DNA from: Promethearchaeota archaeon
GTDB taxonomy: Archaea; Asgardarchaeota; Lokiarchaeia; Sigyniarchaeales; SOKP01
DNA length: 17,399 nucleotides
NCBI GenBank assembly: GCA_048941265.1
Contig: JBHLNT010000080.1
Coordinates: 1-17,399 of the forward strand
Direction of reading: 5' to 3'
Below the pieces are notes generated by a model. It did not search any database. It had not been told where the DNA came from and worked only from the letters and a program-made list of their open reading frames with translations. Numbering within the stretch: the stretch's first letter is position 1; each line of letters opens with the position of its first letter. This document shows positions 1-7,802 of this stretch, piece by piece. The position numbers were made by a program, and so were the translations under genes.

Positions 1-159
1 GCTTTTGCTGCACATGAGCGTATAGAAGAAGCAAAAGAGACAACTGCTGAGGCAATTGTTTCATGTTGTCCTTTCTGTTTAAATCAATTTAAAGCAAATA
101 TTAAAAATAACGAAATCCAAGCTCTTGATCTTTCAGAAATAGTTCAGAAAATAATTTAA
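1..159 (+). CDS. 3' end of a CCG-domain Fe-S oxidoreductase (HdrD/GlpC-like), partial
   Basis: Manual translation of frame 1 gives AFAAHERIEEAKETTAEAIVSCCPFCLNQFKANIKNNEIQALDLSEIVQKII*, with TAA at 157-159. The R-I-E-E-A...A-I-V-S-x-C-P-F-C...DL-x-E-I pattern is the typical C-terminus of cysteine-rich CCG domains. Not in the ORF track because the start lies outside the window. Confidence 0.85.
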   Translation, partial: AFAAHERIEEAKETTAEAIVSCCPFCLNQFKANIKNNEIQALDLSEIVQKII

Positions 160-181
160 TGAAAATTTCATATTTACCAAC

Positions 182-191
182 TTTTTTTTTT
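182..191 (+). terminator. Oligo-T tract, possible archaeal-type terminator
   Basis: T10 run starting 23 bp after the TAA at 159. The AT-rich background limits specificity. Confidence 0.4.
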
Positions 192-236
192 ATTTATTAA
201 TTTTTTAATCTATAATTTTTAATAAGTTCATGTTTG

Positions 237-1301
237 ATGAGTGAAAGTATTCAATTTCCTATTATTCATGTAAGTGGAAGCCATTATGACATAGGATTTC
301 AAGTTGGAAGCCAATTCAAAAAGCTTATAGGAAAAGCTATGCTCAAAAGTCCATTTTATATTGGTCTAAAGTTGATGGATTCGATGAAACCGGAATGGTT
401 TAACGAAATACAGACCTTTGCTGATAAATTATATCCACAATACGTCGATGAGATGAAAGGGATCGCAGATGGTGCCAGAATGAAGTACCGCGAAATTGCA
501 ATAGTTAATTTTCGACATTCAATTAAGTTGGAAATTCCCAAAACAGAGTGTTCGACCTTAATATTTAAAGAAGATAATAAAATTATTCTGGGGCATAATG
601 AAGATCACGTACAGACGATAAGAGAATACTCATATATACTATTTGCAAAGTATGAGAAAGGTCCAACCATCTTTACCTATTGTTATCCTGGCTGTCTTCC
701 CGGTAATTCGGTCTCTTTCAGCTCTGATGGTATCATCATGACCGGTAATGCTTTACAAGATCCAGATTTAAAACAAGGTCTTCCAAAAGGATTGTTAGAC
801 CATGCGATGGTAGAAGCAAAAACAATTGATGATGCTGTTAAAATATGCCAGACTTCCGGGAGATCTGGGGGATATAGTTATAATTTAGCATCACAACATG
901 AACAAAAAGCAGTAAATTTAGAAACGACATCTACCAGATCTGGATTAACACTCGTAAATGACAAATATTATCGTACTAATCATTATATCTCAAATGATTT
1001 AAAGGATATTTACACAGATAATGAAACTAACTATCGTTCTTTAGAACGTTATAAAAGGGGAATAGAACTTCTTCCGCAAGTGGAGAAAACCACTGAAGGA
1101 GCGTTCAAAATTTTATCAGATGACAAGGTATTTGTTGCGATGTCTAAAATGACAGATTCCCCATTAGGCGAAGTTTTTGGCGGGACTCATTTCACTTCAA
1201 TGTTTGAAATCTCAAAAAAGGATATTAAACTTCAATTCTATCCTAATATAAAAAATAGAGAGAATTTCATTGAACTAACCTTAAAAGATTTGAAAGTTTA
1301 G
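237..1301 (+). CDS. Peptidase C45 family Ntn-hydrolase / acyl-CoA:6-aminopenicillanic acid acyltransferase-like protein
   Basis: N-terminal GSHYDIGFQVG and P.YVDEMKGIADGA motifs, autoproteolytic nucleophile in E|CST (Cys codon 549-551) and GHNED motif. ATG at 237; the ORF track uses TTG at 234. Confidence 0.85.
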   Translation: MSESIQFPIIHVSGSHYDIGFQVGSQFKKLIGKAMLKSPFYIGLKLMDSMKPEWFNEIQTFADKLYPQYVDEMKGIADGARMKYREIAIVNFRHSIKLEIPKTECSTLIFKEDNKIILGHNEDHVQTIREYSYILFAKYEKGPTIFTYCYPGCLPGNSVSFSSDGIIMTGNALQDPDLKQGLPKGLLDHAMVEAKTIDDAVKICQTSGRSGGYSYNLASQHEQKAVNLETTSTRSGLTLVNDKYYRTNHYISNDLKDIYTDNETNYRSLERYKRGIELLPQVEKTTEGAFKILSDDKVFVAMSKMTDSPLGEVFGGTHFTSMFEISKKDIKLQFYPNIKNRENFIELTLKDLKV

Positions 1302-1338
1302 ATAAAAAAATGAAAAATAGCTGAGTAAATAAAAAAAA

Positions 1339-2121
1339 TTACTGAGATTCGGCTTTCTTTTGCGCTGTTAAAGCAGCTCCTAAAGCACCCATTAGTTGAG
1401 GATCAACTGGTAATTTCTTAGCCTGGACACCTAACTTTTTTTCTAGGAATGCCACAACTCCAATGTTTTTAGCTACTCCCCCAGTTATAGTTAAATCTTC
1501 TTCAAGTCCTACTCTATATACTAAAGACATAATCCTCGAAGCGATAGCATCATGTATTCCAGCTACTATATCTGGAACTTCAACTCCATCAGCCATTAAA
1601 CTTACAACCTCTGTTTCAGCGAACACGCTACATTGGGCTGTTATTTTAGCCTGATTTTTTGATTGAAGTGAAATTGGACCGAGTTCTTCAAGTTTTAACT
1701 CAAGTGTTCTGGCCATGACTTCTAAAAATCTGCCCGTTCCTGCAGCACATTTATCGTTCATTGCAAAATCAAGAATTTTGCCGTCTTTACTAACTTTTAT
1801 AACTTTACAATCTTGACCGCCCACATCAATTATGGTTCGAATTGATGGAATAAAAGAATGGGCTCCCTTGCCATGGCATGATAATTCAGAAATTTCTGAA
1901 TTAGCAAAAGGGATCTTCACCCTTCCATATCCGGTTCCGACAATATACTCTATTTCATCTAAAGTTAAATTAGCATTTTCAAGTGCTTCATCCATCGCAT
2001 TTTTCGCTGTTCTCTCGGGTTTAGGAGTTGTCGGAACGATGCTAGTTGATATGATTTCTCCATTCTTTAATATAACTGCTTTGCCGGTTAAAGAACCGAC
2101 ATCACATCCCGCCACAATCAT
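1339..2121 (-). CDS. ATP-dependent activator of 2-hydroxyacyl-CoA dehydratase (HgdC/HadI-like, BcrAD/BadFG ASKHA ATPase family)
   Basis: Motifs GCDVGSLTGKAV, TGYGR, ELSCHGKGA, IIDVGGQDCK, MNDKCAAGTGRFLE, CSVFAETE and TGGVAKN. Single 260-aa domain. A T8 tract follows the stop on the minus strand (1331-1338). Confidence 0.93.
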   Translation of the reverse strand: MIVAGCDVGSLTGKAVILKNGEIISTSIVPTTPKPERTAKNAMDEALENANLTLDEIEYIVGTGYGRVKIPFANSEISELSCHGKGAHSFIPSIRTIIDVGGQDCKVIKVSKDGKILDFAMNDKCAAGTGRFLEVMARTLELKLEELGPISLQSKNQAKITAQCSVFAETEVVSLMADGVEVPDIVAGIHDAIASRIMSLVYRVGLEEDLTITGGVAKNIGVVAFLEKKLGVQAKKLPVDPQLMGALGAALTAQKKAESQ

Positions 2122-2140
2122 AATTCTCTACAATTTATTT

Positions 2141-2148
2141 ATTTATAA
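2141..2148 (-). promoter_or_regulatory. Putative TATA box for the activator gene (near-leaderless transcript)
   Basis: Minus-strand TTATAAAT begins 27 bp upstream of the ATG at 2121, matching archaeal TATA spacing. Confidence 0.4.
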
Positions 2149-2242
2149 TAAGACTATTGTTTATTTCTTTATATCTTTTTATAATGGAAATGAGAAATAT
2201 TCTACAAATTTGTATTCAATTTGGATTCTCTTTATTGATTAA

Positions 2243-3562
2243 TCATAATACAACTTGAGTTAAAAACTCAGTAATCTTTGATCTGATCTCTTCCGCGGTT
2301 ACTTCTCTTGAGTCATATGGGTCACAGCCAAATACTAGAGAAGGAATTCCTAATTCTTCTCGAACCGCTTCAACAGCTATTCGAGTTATTGAATAGGCAT
2401 GTTTGCAAGCAAACTGCATGGGCATAATAACACAGTCAATTTTATAATCCTTCACATATTTTAGGACAAATTCTGTATAATATTCAGCAGGACCTCTACA
2501 GGTACCAATCATAGAGAAGTCTAATACTCCCATGGCTAGACTTTCATAGCACTTTTCGATTGTTGATACATCATGGGGCAAAACAGGATAATATCCTAAT
2601 ATGTCCATGATAACCACCGCTTGAAATGTTTTTTCTATCCACGGTAAGAGCTCCATATCAAAAAATACATGGGTATAAGGCCACGCAATTCTGATTTTTT
2701 CATCCGGTACTCCAGCTACTCCGTTTTTAACGTTTTCAGCCGCTTGATCACGAATCCATTTAGTTGTTTTTACTGCTTCAGGAGTTCCACTGGAAGTTGC
2801 CATAGTAGCAAAATTAAGATAACCTGTTATACTCGGCATGGGGCAGGGTACATTCTTCAAAAGTTCATTAAATTCAGCTATATATTCACGTGCCTCATTT
2901 GCCAATTTCATAGTTTGCTGGAATTTCTCCTCATCAAGTTTTTGATTTGTTTGTTTTTCTAACCAAGATACTAGCTCTTTGTTTTGTGTAACCATATAAT
3001 CCATGATTTTTTCGTCATAAAACTCATTTGATTGGTCATAAGCCCAGTATGGAATATCCATATTAAAACAAGGTACTTTAATTAATTGTTGAAAGACTTG
3101 ATAACTCATTGCTAAAGCATTACAGGGTGTTGAAGTAAAGAACATCATATCTGGGATAGGGGCAACCCCTTTCGTATAAGCGCCAACTATAGGCCTCTGA
3201 GCATTGCACAATGTTGGAGTGTCGCCATAACCCAGTTCATTTGTAATATCGATATAGGTTTCATTAATGTGAAAAGGGGCCAAAACAACACTAAAACTTT
3301 CTTGCATAATGGGAGCTAAGTTCATAGCAAAGAATAGCGCAGGTTCATAGTTGAATGGATACATAATAACGGGTTTTCCTTCCTTTCGTGCTTCTGGTAT
3401 TCTCACAAACATATTAAGAAACATTTCCATAAATGGATTAAATTCTTCTTCATTTTTAATCAAAGTAAGAATCGAATTATACATAGTCTTCCAAAGAGAT
3501 AAATCCTTTCCCCAACTTCCTCTTCCAAGCTTTCTATATTTATTGTATATTTCCTCGTCCAT
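2243..3562 (-). CDS. 2-hydroxyacyl-CoA dehydratase alpha-type subunit (HgdA/HadB/BcrB family), paralog A1
   Basis: Three candidate [4Fe-4S] ligands (TLCNAQR, TPCN, FACKH), Glu in MQE and EKIRIAW. ATG at 3562 lies 5 nt after GAGGTGA; the ORF track starts at GTG 3571, inside that SD. Confidence 0.88.
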   Translation of the reverse strand: MDEEIYNKYRKLGRGSWGKDLSLWKTMYNSILTLIKNEEEFNPFMEMFLNMFVRIPEARKEGKPVIMYPFNYEPALFFAMNLAPIMQESFSVVLAPFHINETYIDITNELGYGDTPTLCNAQRPIVGAYTKGVAPIPDMMFFTSTPCNALAMSYQVFQQLIKVPCFNMDIPYWAYDQSNEFYDEKIMDYMVTQNKELVSWLEKQTNQKLDEEKFQQTMKLANEAREYIAEFNELLKNVPCPMPSITGYLNFATMATSSGTPEAVKTTKWIRDQAAENVKNGVAGVPDEKIRIAWPYTHVFFDMELLPWIEKTFQAVVIMDILGYYPVLPHDVSTIEKCYESLAMGVLDFSMIGTCRGPAEYYTEFVLKYVKDYKIDCVIMPMQFACKHAYSITRIAVEAVREELGIPSLVFGCDPYDSREVTAEEIRSKITEFLTQVVL

Positions 3563-3598
3563 TCTTCTCACCTCTTTTTAAATATTTCCATAAAAGTA

Positions 3599-3632
3599 TG
3601 TACTCGAGCAGAGTACAAGCACATTTTATAAA
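3599..3632 (-). promoter_or_regulatory. Putative internal promoter for A1: TATA box plus palindromic operator
   Basis: Minus strand reads TAA(stop of A2)-AGTAAG-TTTATAAA (3632-3625), followed by the inverted repeat TGTACTC-N5-GAGTACA (3599-3617). Confidence 0.55.
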
Positions 3633-3638
3633 CTTACT

Positions 3639-4964
3639 TTACATTACTACTTGAGTTAAAAACTCTGAAATTCTCTCTCTTATAGTTTCAGATGAAACCT
3701 CTCTTGAATCATACGGATCACATCCAAATATTAAAGTGGGAATTCCCAATTGTTCTCGAACTGCTTCAGCAGCCACACGGGTTATGGCATAGGCATGCTT
3801 ACAAGCAAATTGCATTGGAATTATGACAGCATCAATCTTATATTCCTTGACATAATTTAATACAAAATCTACATAGAATTCAACAGGGCCTCTGCAAGTT
3901 CCGACCATAGAGAAATCTAAAGCTCCTAAAGCTAAGCTTTCATAGCATTTTTCGATTGTAGATACATCATGGGGCATAACAGGGTAATATCCTAATAAGT
4001 CCATGATTACAACTGCCTGAAATGTTTCTTCTATCCACGGTAAGAGATCCTGATCAAAAAATACATGGGTATAGGGCCAGGCAATTCTGATTTTTTCATC
4101 CGGTACTCCTGCCACCCCATTCTTAACATTTGCAGCTGCTTCATCGCGAATATATTTGGTGACTTTAACAGCATCGTGAGTTCCTCCCCGAGTTACCATG
4201 GTAATATAGTTTCCAAAACCCGTTATACTTGGCACAGGGCAGGGTACATTCTTTAGAAGTTCATTAAATTCTACTACATTTTCCCGTGCCTCATTTACCA
4301 ATCTCATAGTCTGTTGGAATTTCTCTGAATCTAACGTTTGGTTAGTTTGCTTTTCTATCCAAGAAATTAGGTCCTTAGTTTGTTGGACCATATATTCCAT
4401 CGTTCTCTCATCATAAAATTCATTAACTTTATCATAAGCCCAATATGGGATATCCAAATTGAAAGTTGGAACATCGATTAATTGCTGATATACTTGGTAA
4501 GTCATTGCAATAGCATTGCAGGGTGTAGAAGTAAAGAAAAGAAGGTTCGGAACAGGTGCGGCTCCTTGCATATGAGCACCGATTAAAGGTCTTTGAGCAT
4601 TGCATAATGTTGGTGTGTCACCATAGCCTATTTCATTTGTAATATCGATATACGGTTCATTAAAATGGAATGGGGCCAAACCTACACTAAATACCTCTTG
4701 CATCAGGGGAGCTAAATTCATGGCATAAAATACCTCCGGACCATAATTGAACGGATGCATTATAATGGGCCTGCCCTCTTTTCGGGCATTTGGTAATTCT
4801 AAAAACATATTTAGCATCATCTCAACGAAAGGAGTATAATCTTCTTCTTTAAATTGATTTAAAAAGCCCATATACATCGTTTTCCAAAGAGATAAATCCT
4901 TACCCCAACCACCTCTTCCCAATTTCTTATATTTCTGGAAAGTTTCTACGTCCAATAGTTTCAC
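3639..4964 (-). CDS. 2-hydroxyacyl-CoA dehydratase alpha-type subunit, paralog A2
   Basis: Same motifs as A1 (LCNAQR, PCN, ACKH). The GTG at 4964 overlaps the TGA of the beta gene (GTGA). Alternative start TTG at 4955, 5 nt after AGGTGA. Confidence 0.88.
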   Translation of the reverse strand: MKLLDVETFQKYKKLGRGGWGKDLSLWKTMYMGFLNQFKEEDYTPFVEMMLNMFLELPNARKEGRPIIMHPFNYGPEVFYAMNLAPLMQEVFSVGLAPFHFNEPYIDITNEIGYGDTPTLCNAQRPLIGAHMQGAAPVPNLLFFTSTPCNAIAMTYQVYQQLIDVPTFNLDIPYWAYDKVNEFYDERTMEYMVQQTKDLISWIEKQTNQTLDSEKFQQTMRLVNEARENVVEFNELLKNVPCPVPSITGFGNYITMVTRGGTHDAVKVTKYIRDEAAANVKNGVAGVPDEKIRIAWPYTHVFFDQDLLPWIEETFQAVVIMDLLGYYPVMPHDVSTIEKCYESLALGALDFSMVGTCRGPVEFYVDFVLNYVKEYKIDAVIIPMQFACKHAYAITRVAAEAVREQLGIPTLIFGCDPYDSREVSSETIRERISEFLTQVVM

Positions 4965-6088
4965 CTAGCTTCCAAAATTTCCATAAAAGTTTGGACTCGG
5001 GTTTTCATAGCTCCCGCTCCGCTCAACACGTATTCTCTTTCTAATTCAAGATATGGGATACCCTCTTCCTTTAATTTATTACGGAGTAAAAAAATTTCGG
5101 CCCACCAAAGAATACAGAATTTCATTCTTTGAAAAATAATCCCATCAACATTAAATTCTTTAATGAGCTTCATCATGAACTCTTCTCTTTCGGGATATTT
5201 CCCTGTCATACGAGGACAAGATATTTTTGAAAGGTATCGCTCTTCAATTGCATCAATAGGATTTTTATTTTCATCAATTAAATCCCAAAAATATCTCGTT
5301 CCAAGACATTGCGAGTCGGTTACAACTAATCCCCCTAGATCTTCTATGATTTTCATATAATCAGGTTCATCAAGCATACTTCCTATAATCATTATCCTTG
5401 CTCTATAATCAGATATGCCCTCTTTTTCTTTAAGCTCTTGAAGTTGTTGGGCCAAAAGGTCATTAAATTGATCTCTTGGCATGGATATTCCTGCAGAAAT
5501 AATATTTAATACTTCGGTCCCGGTAATAGGAGGATTATCGAGTTTTCTAAGTTCGTAGAGTTCTTTAAGTAGTGTTCGGGATTTATTATAAACTTTTATA
5601 GCATTTTTAAGCTTATCATCGGAAATAATAACGTCAAAATTCTTTTCTAAGTTTTCCTTAAATTTGGTAATTTCATGACCGAACCATTCATGTGTAGTTT
5701 CACTAACACAACCAGGAACTCCCATGATATAATGATAAGGAAAGGGAGCCTTGTATCTTATGTTGTCATAAAGACGTCGAATTTGGTCACAGCTATTGCA
5801 GGAAACTATACCGTCAAGAAAGTCATATTGATGTTGATTTGCTAACTCTAAACAACATCTGGTATAGCTACATGATGTTGGAGTCATATATGCATCACCC
5901 ATAGGAGTATCACCTGCGGCACACGTTCTAGCCCTCACTCTCACGGGTAAAATATCAGCAGCATAGATAATTTCTTCAGGGATATAGGTACAAAAATATC
6001 CCAAAACCTTTTTTCCCTCATTTTTCCAGCTTTCAATCCAAGGATTTGCAAGCGGAAGAGCTTGAGAGATTTTTTCCATAACAGTCAT
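4961..6088 (-). CDS. 2-hydroxyacyl-CoA dehydratase beta-type subunit (HgdB/HadC/BcrC family)
   Basis: Motifs GKKVLGYFCTYIPEEIIYAA, SCSY, NSCDQIRR, GGLVVTD..C.GTRYF, MKFC and KTRVQTFME. ATG at 6088 chosen; TTG at 6094 and a downstream ATG are alternatives. Confidence 0.9.
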   Translation of the reverse strand: MTVMEKISQALPLANPWIESWKNEGKKVLGYFCTYIPEEIIYAADILPVRVRARTCAAGDTPMGDAYMTPTSCSYTRCCLELANQHQYDFLDGIVSCNSCDQIRRLYDNIRYKAPFPYHYIMGVPGCVSETTHEWFGHEITKFKENLEKNFDVIISDDKLKNAIKVYNKSRTLLKELYELRKLDNPPITGTEVLNIISAGISMPRDQFNDLLAQQLQELKEKEGISDYRARIMIIGSMLDEPDYMKIIEDLGGLVVTDSQCLGTRYFWDLIDENKNPIDAIEERYLSKISCPRMTGKYPEREEFMMKLIKEFNVDGIIFQRMKFCILWWAEIFLLRNKLKEEGIPYLELEREYVLSGAGAMKTRVQTFMEILEAR

Positions 6089-6282
6089 ATACAATTCTCT
6101 TTTCTAATTTACGTATGAATCCAAATCATCTTCATATTTTAGAATTCATTGGACTCTTTTATGTTTGGAATATTAATAATTATTTATACCATTTGACTTT
6201 AAATAAATATCTATTATACTATTTTGGAAAAAATTCTTAAAAAGATAAAATAGATAGGTTGTTAGTTCAATATGAATTGGTA

Positions 6283-7608
6283 TTATAACACAACTTGAGT
6301 TAAAAATTCCTCAATTTTTGACCTAATTGTTTCTGAAGGTACATCCCTCGCGTCGTAAGGATCACAGCCAAATAATAGAGTTGGAATCCCCGTTTCTTCT
6401 CGAACTGCTTCCAAAGCGACTCTTGCTATGGAGAATGCGTGTTTACACGCAAATTGACATGGGAGAATCACACAATCTAACTTATACTCTTTAACGTAAT
6501 TTATGATATAATCTGTAAGATATTCAAGAGGTCCTCTACAGGTACTAATCATTGAATAGTCCAAAGTTCCCATAGCTAAGCTTTCATAACATTTTTCTTC
6601 TGTAGAAATATCGTGGGGTAAAACTTGATAATATCCTAATATATCCATAATAATAGAAGCTTTAAACTTCTGCTCTAACCATGGAAATAATTCTGCATCG
6701 AAGAAGATATGTGTATACGGCCATCCAATCCTGATTTTCTCATTAGGTATCCCAGCGATCCCATTTTTTACATTTTCCGCAGCTAGGTCACGCAAATATT
6801 TAGTACACTTTACTGCATCTTCAGTGCCTCCACGTAGCGTCATAATAAAAAAATTTAGACCTGTTCTCATGCTTTCTAAAGGACATGGCACTGTCTTTAG
6901 AAGTTCATTGAATTCTAAAATATATTCTCTTGCCTCATTTACCAATTTCAATGTTTTATGTAATTTTTCAAACTCCAGTTTTTGTTGAGTTTTCGTTTCC
7001 AGCCATTTTACTAAATCTTTTGTTTGATTAGCCATGTAATCAATTGTTTTTTCATCATAAAACTCACTGACTTGGTCGTACGCCCAATATGGGACGTCCA
7101 TCGAGAAGGTGGGAACTCCAGTTAAATTTTGAAATACTTGATAGGTCATAGCGAGAGAATTACAAGGTGTTGAGAGAAAGAATAAGTAGTCTGGCACTGG
7201 AGCTGCACCCTGTAAATAGGACCCGATTAATGGCCTTTGGGCATTACAAAGAGTAGGATTATCTCCATAACCTATTTGATTAGTAAAATCAAGATAGGGT
7301 TGATTGAGTTGAGCTGGAGCTAAGCCTACGCTAAAAACTTCCTGCATTAGCGGAATTAGATTCATAGCATAGAATAATTGGGGTTCATAGTTAAAAGGGT
7401 ACATAATAATAGGAGTATCATTACTCCGAGCTCGGGGAATGCTAAGGAAAACATCCAATAACATTTCTGCGATTGGTGTAAACTCTTCATCCTTCAAGTT
7501 ATTGATAGCCCCCATATATAACATTTTCCATAATCTAAGGTCTTTACCCCAGTTTCCCCTTCCAAGTTTTTTATATTTATTAAAAAGTTCAATATCCAGC
7601 TTTTTCAC
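6283..7608 (-). CDS. 2-hydroxyacyl-CoA dehydratase alpha-type subunit, paralog A3
   Basis: Same three Cys motifs and colinear with A1/A2. Start is GTG at 7608 or CTG at 7599 (5 nt after AGGTGA). Confidence 0.88.
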   Translation of the reverse strand: MKKLDIELFNKYKKLGRGNWGKDLRLWKMLYMGAINNLKDEEFTPIAEMLLDVFLSIPRARSNDTPIIMYPFNYEPQLFYAMNLIPLMQEVFSVGLAPAQLNQPYLDFTNQIGYGDNPTLCNAQRPLIGSYLQGAAPVPDYLFFLSTPCNSLAMTYQVFQNLTGVPTFSMDVPYWAYDQVSEFYDEKTIDYMANQTKDLVKWLETKTQQKLEFEKLHKTLKLVNEAREYILEFNELLKTVPCPLESMRTGLNFFIMTLRGGTEDAVKCTKYLRDLAAENVKNGIAGIPNEKIRIGWPYTHIFFDAELFPWLEQKFKASIIMDILGYYQVLPHDISTEEKCYESLAMGTLDYSMISTCRGPLEYLTDYIINYVKEYKLDCVILPCQFACKHAFSIARVALEAVREETGIPTLLFGCDPYDARDVPSETIRSKIEEFLTQVVL

Positions 7609-7696
7609 CTAAAACATATTAAGGATTGGATCTACTTAAAATCTTGAAGTTAAGTATCTATTGGGATTTATTTCCTTAAAAATCTGATGTTAATTT

Positions 7697-7728
7697 AAAA
7701 AAAATGGTTATAAGGATTTGAAGATCCT
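7697..7728 (-). terminator. Possible terminator after the relic gene end and paralog A4
   Basis: Minus strand has a short inverted repeat AGGAT-N6-ATCCT (7713-7728) followed by a T8 tract (7704-7697). Confidence 0.35.
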
Positions 7729-7743
7729 AGTTTATTCCTTATC

Positions 7744-7785
7744 TTACATTACAACTTGAGTTAGAAAGTCGGAAATTTTACCCTT
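7744..7785 (-). pseudogene. Relic 3' end of a further alpha-subunit paralog
   Basis: Minus strand AAG GGT AAA ATT TCC GAC TTT CTA ACT CAA GTT GTA ATG TAA = KGKISDFLTQVVM*. Compare the paralog C-termini RSKITEFLTQVVL, RERISEFLTQVVM, RSKIEEFLTQVVL and RGQISEFLTQIVL. It has no start of its own and is out of frame with A4. Confidence 0.85.
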
Positions 7786-7802
7786 TCTATTCCGAAATAA
7801 TT

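Noticed and set aside
4961-4963. Selenocysteine readthrough at the beta-gene TGA
   Set aside because: The TGA falls at the normal family C-terminus and overlaps the next gene's start/SD in another frame.
6144-6207. Possible second, more decayed paralog end (minus strand FI*SQMV*) with weak similarity of 6144-6162 to 2214-2235 downstream of A1
   Set aside because: It needs an internal stop and indels, is short and AT-rich, and cannot be distinguished from chance by eye.
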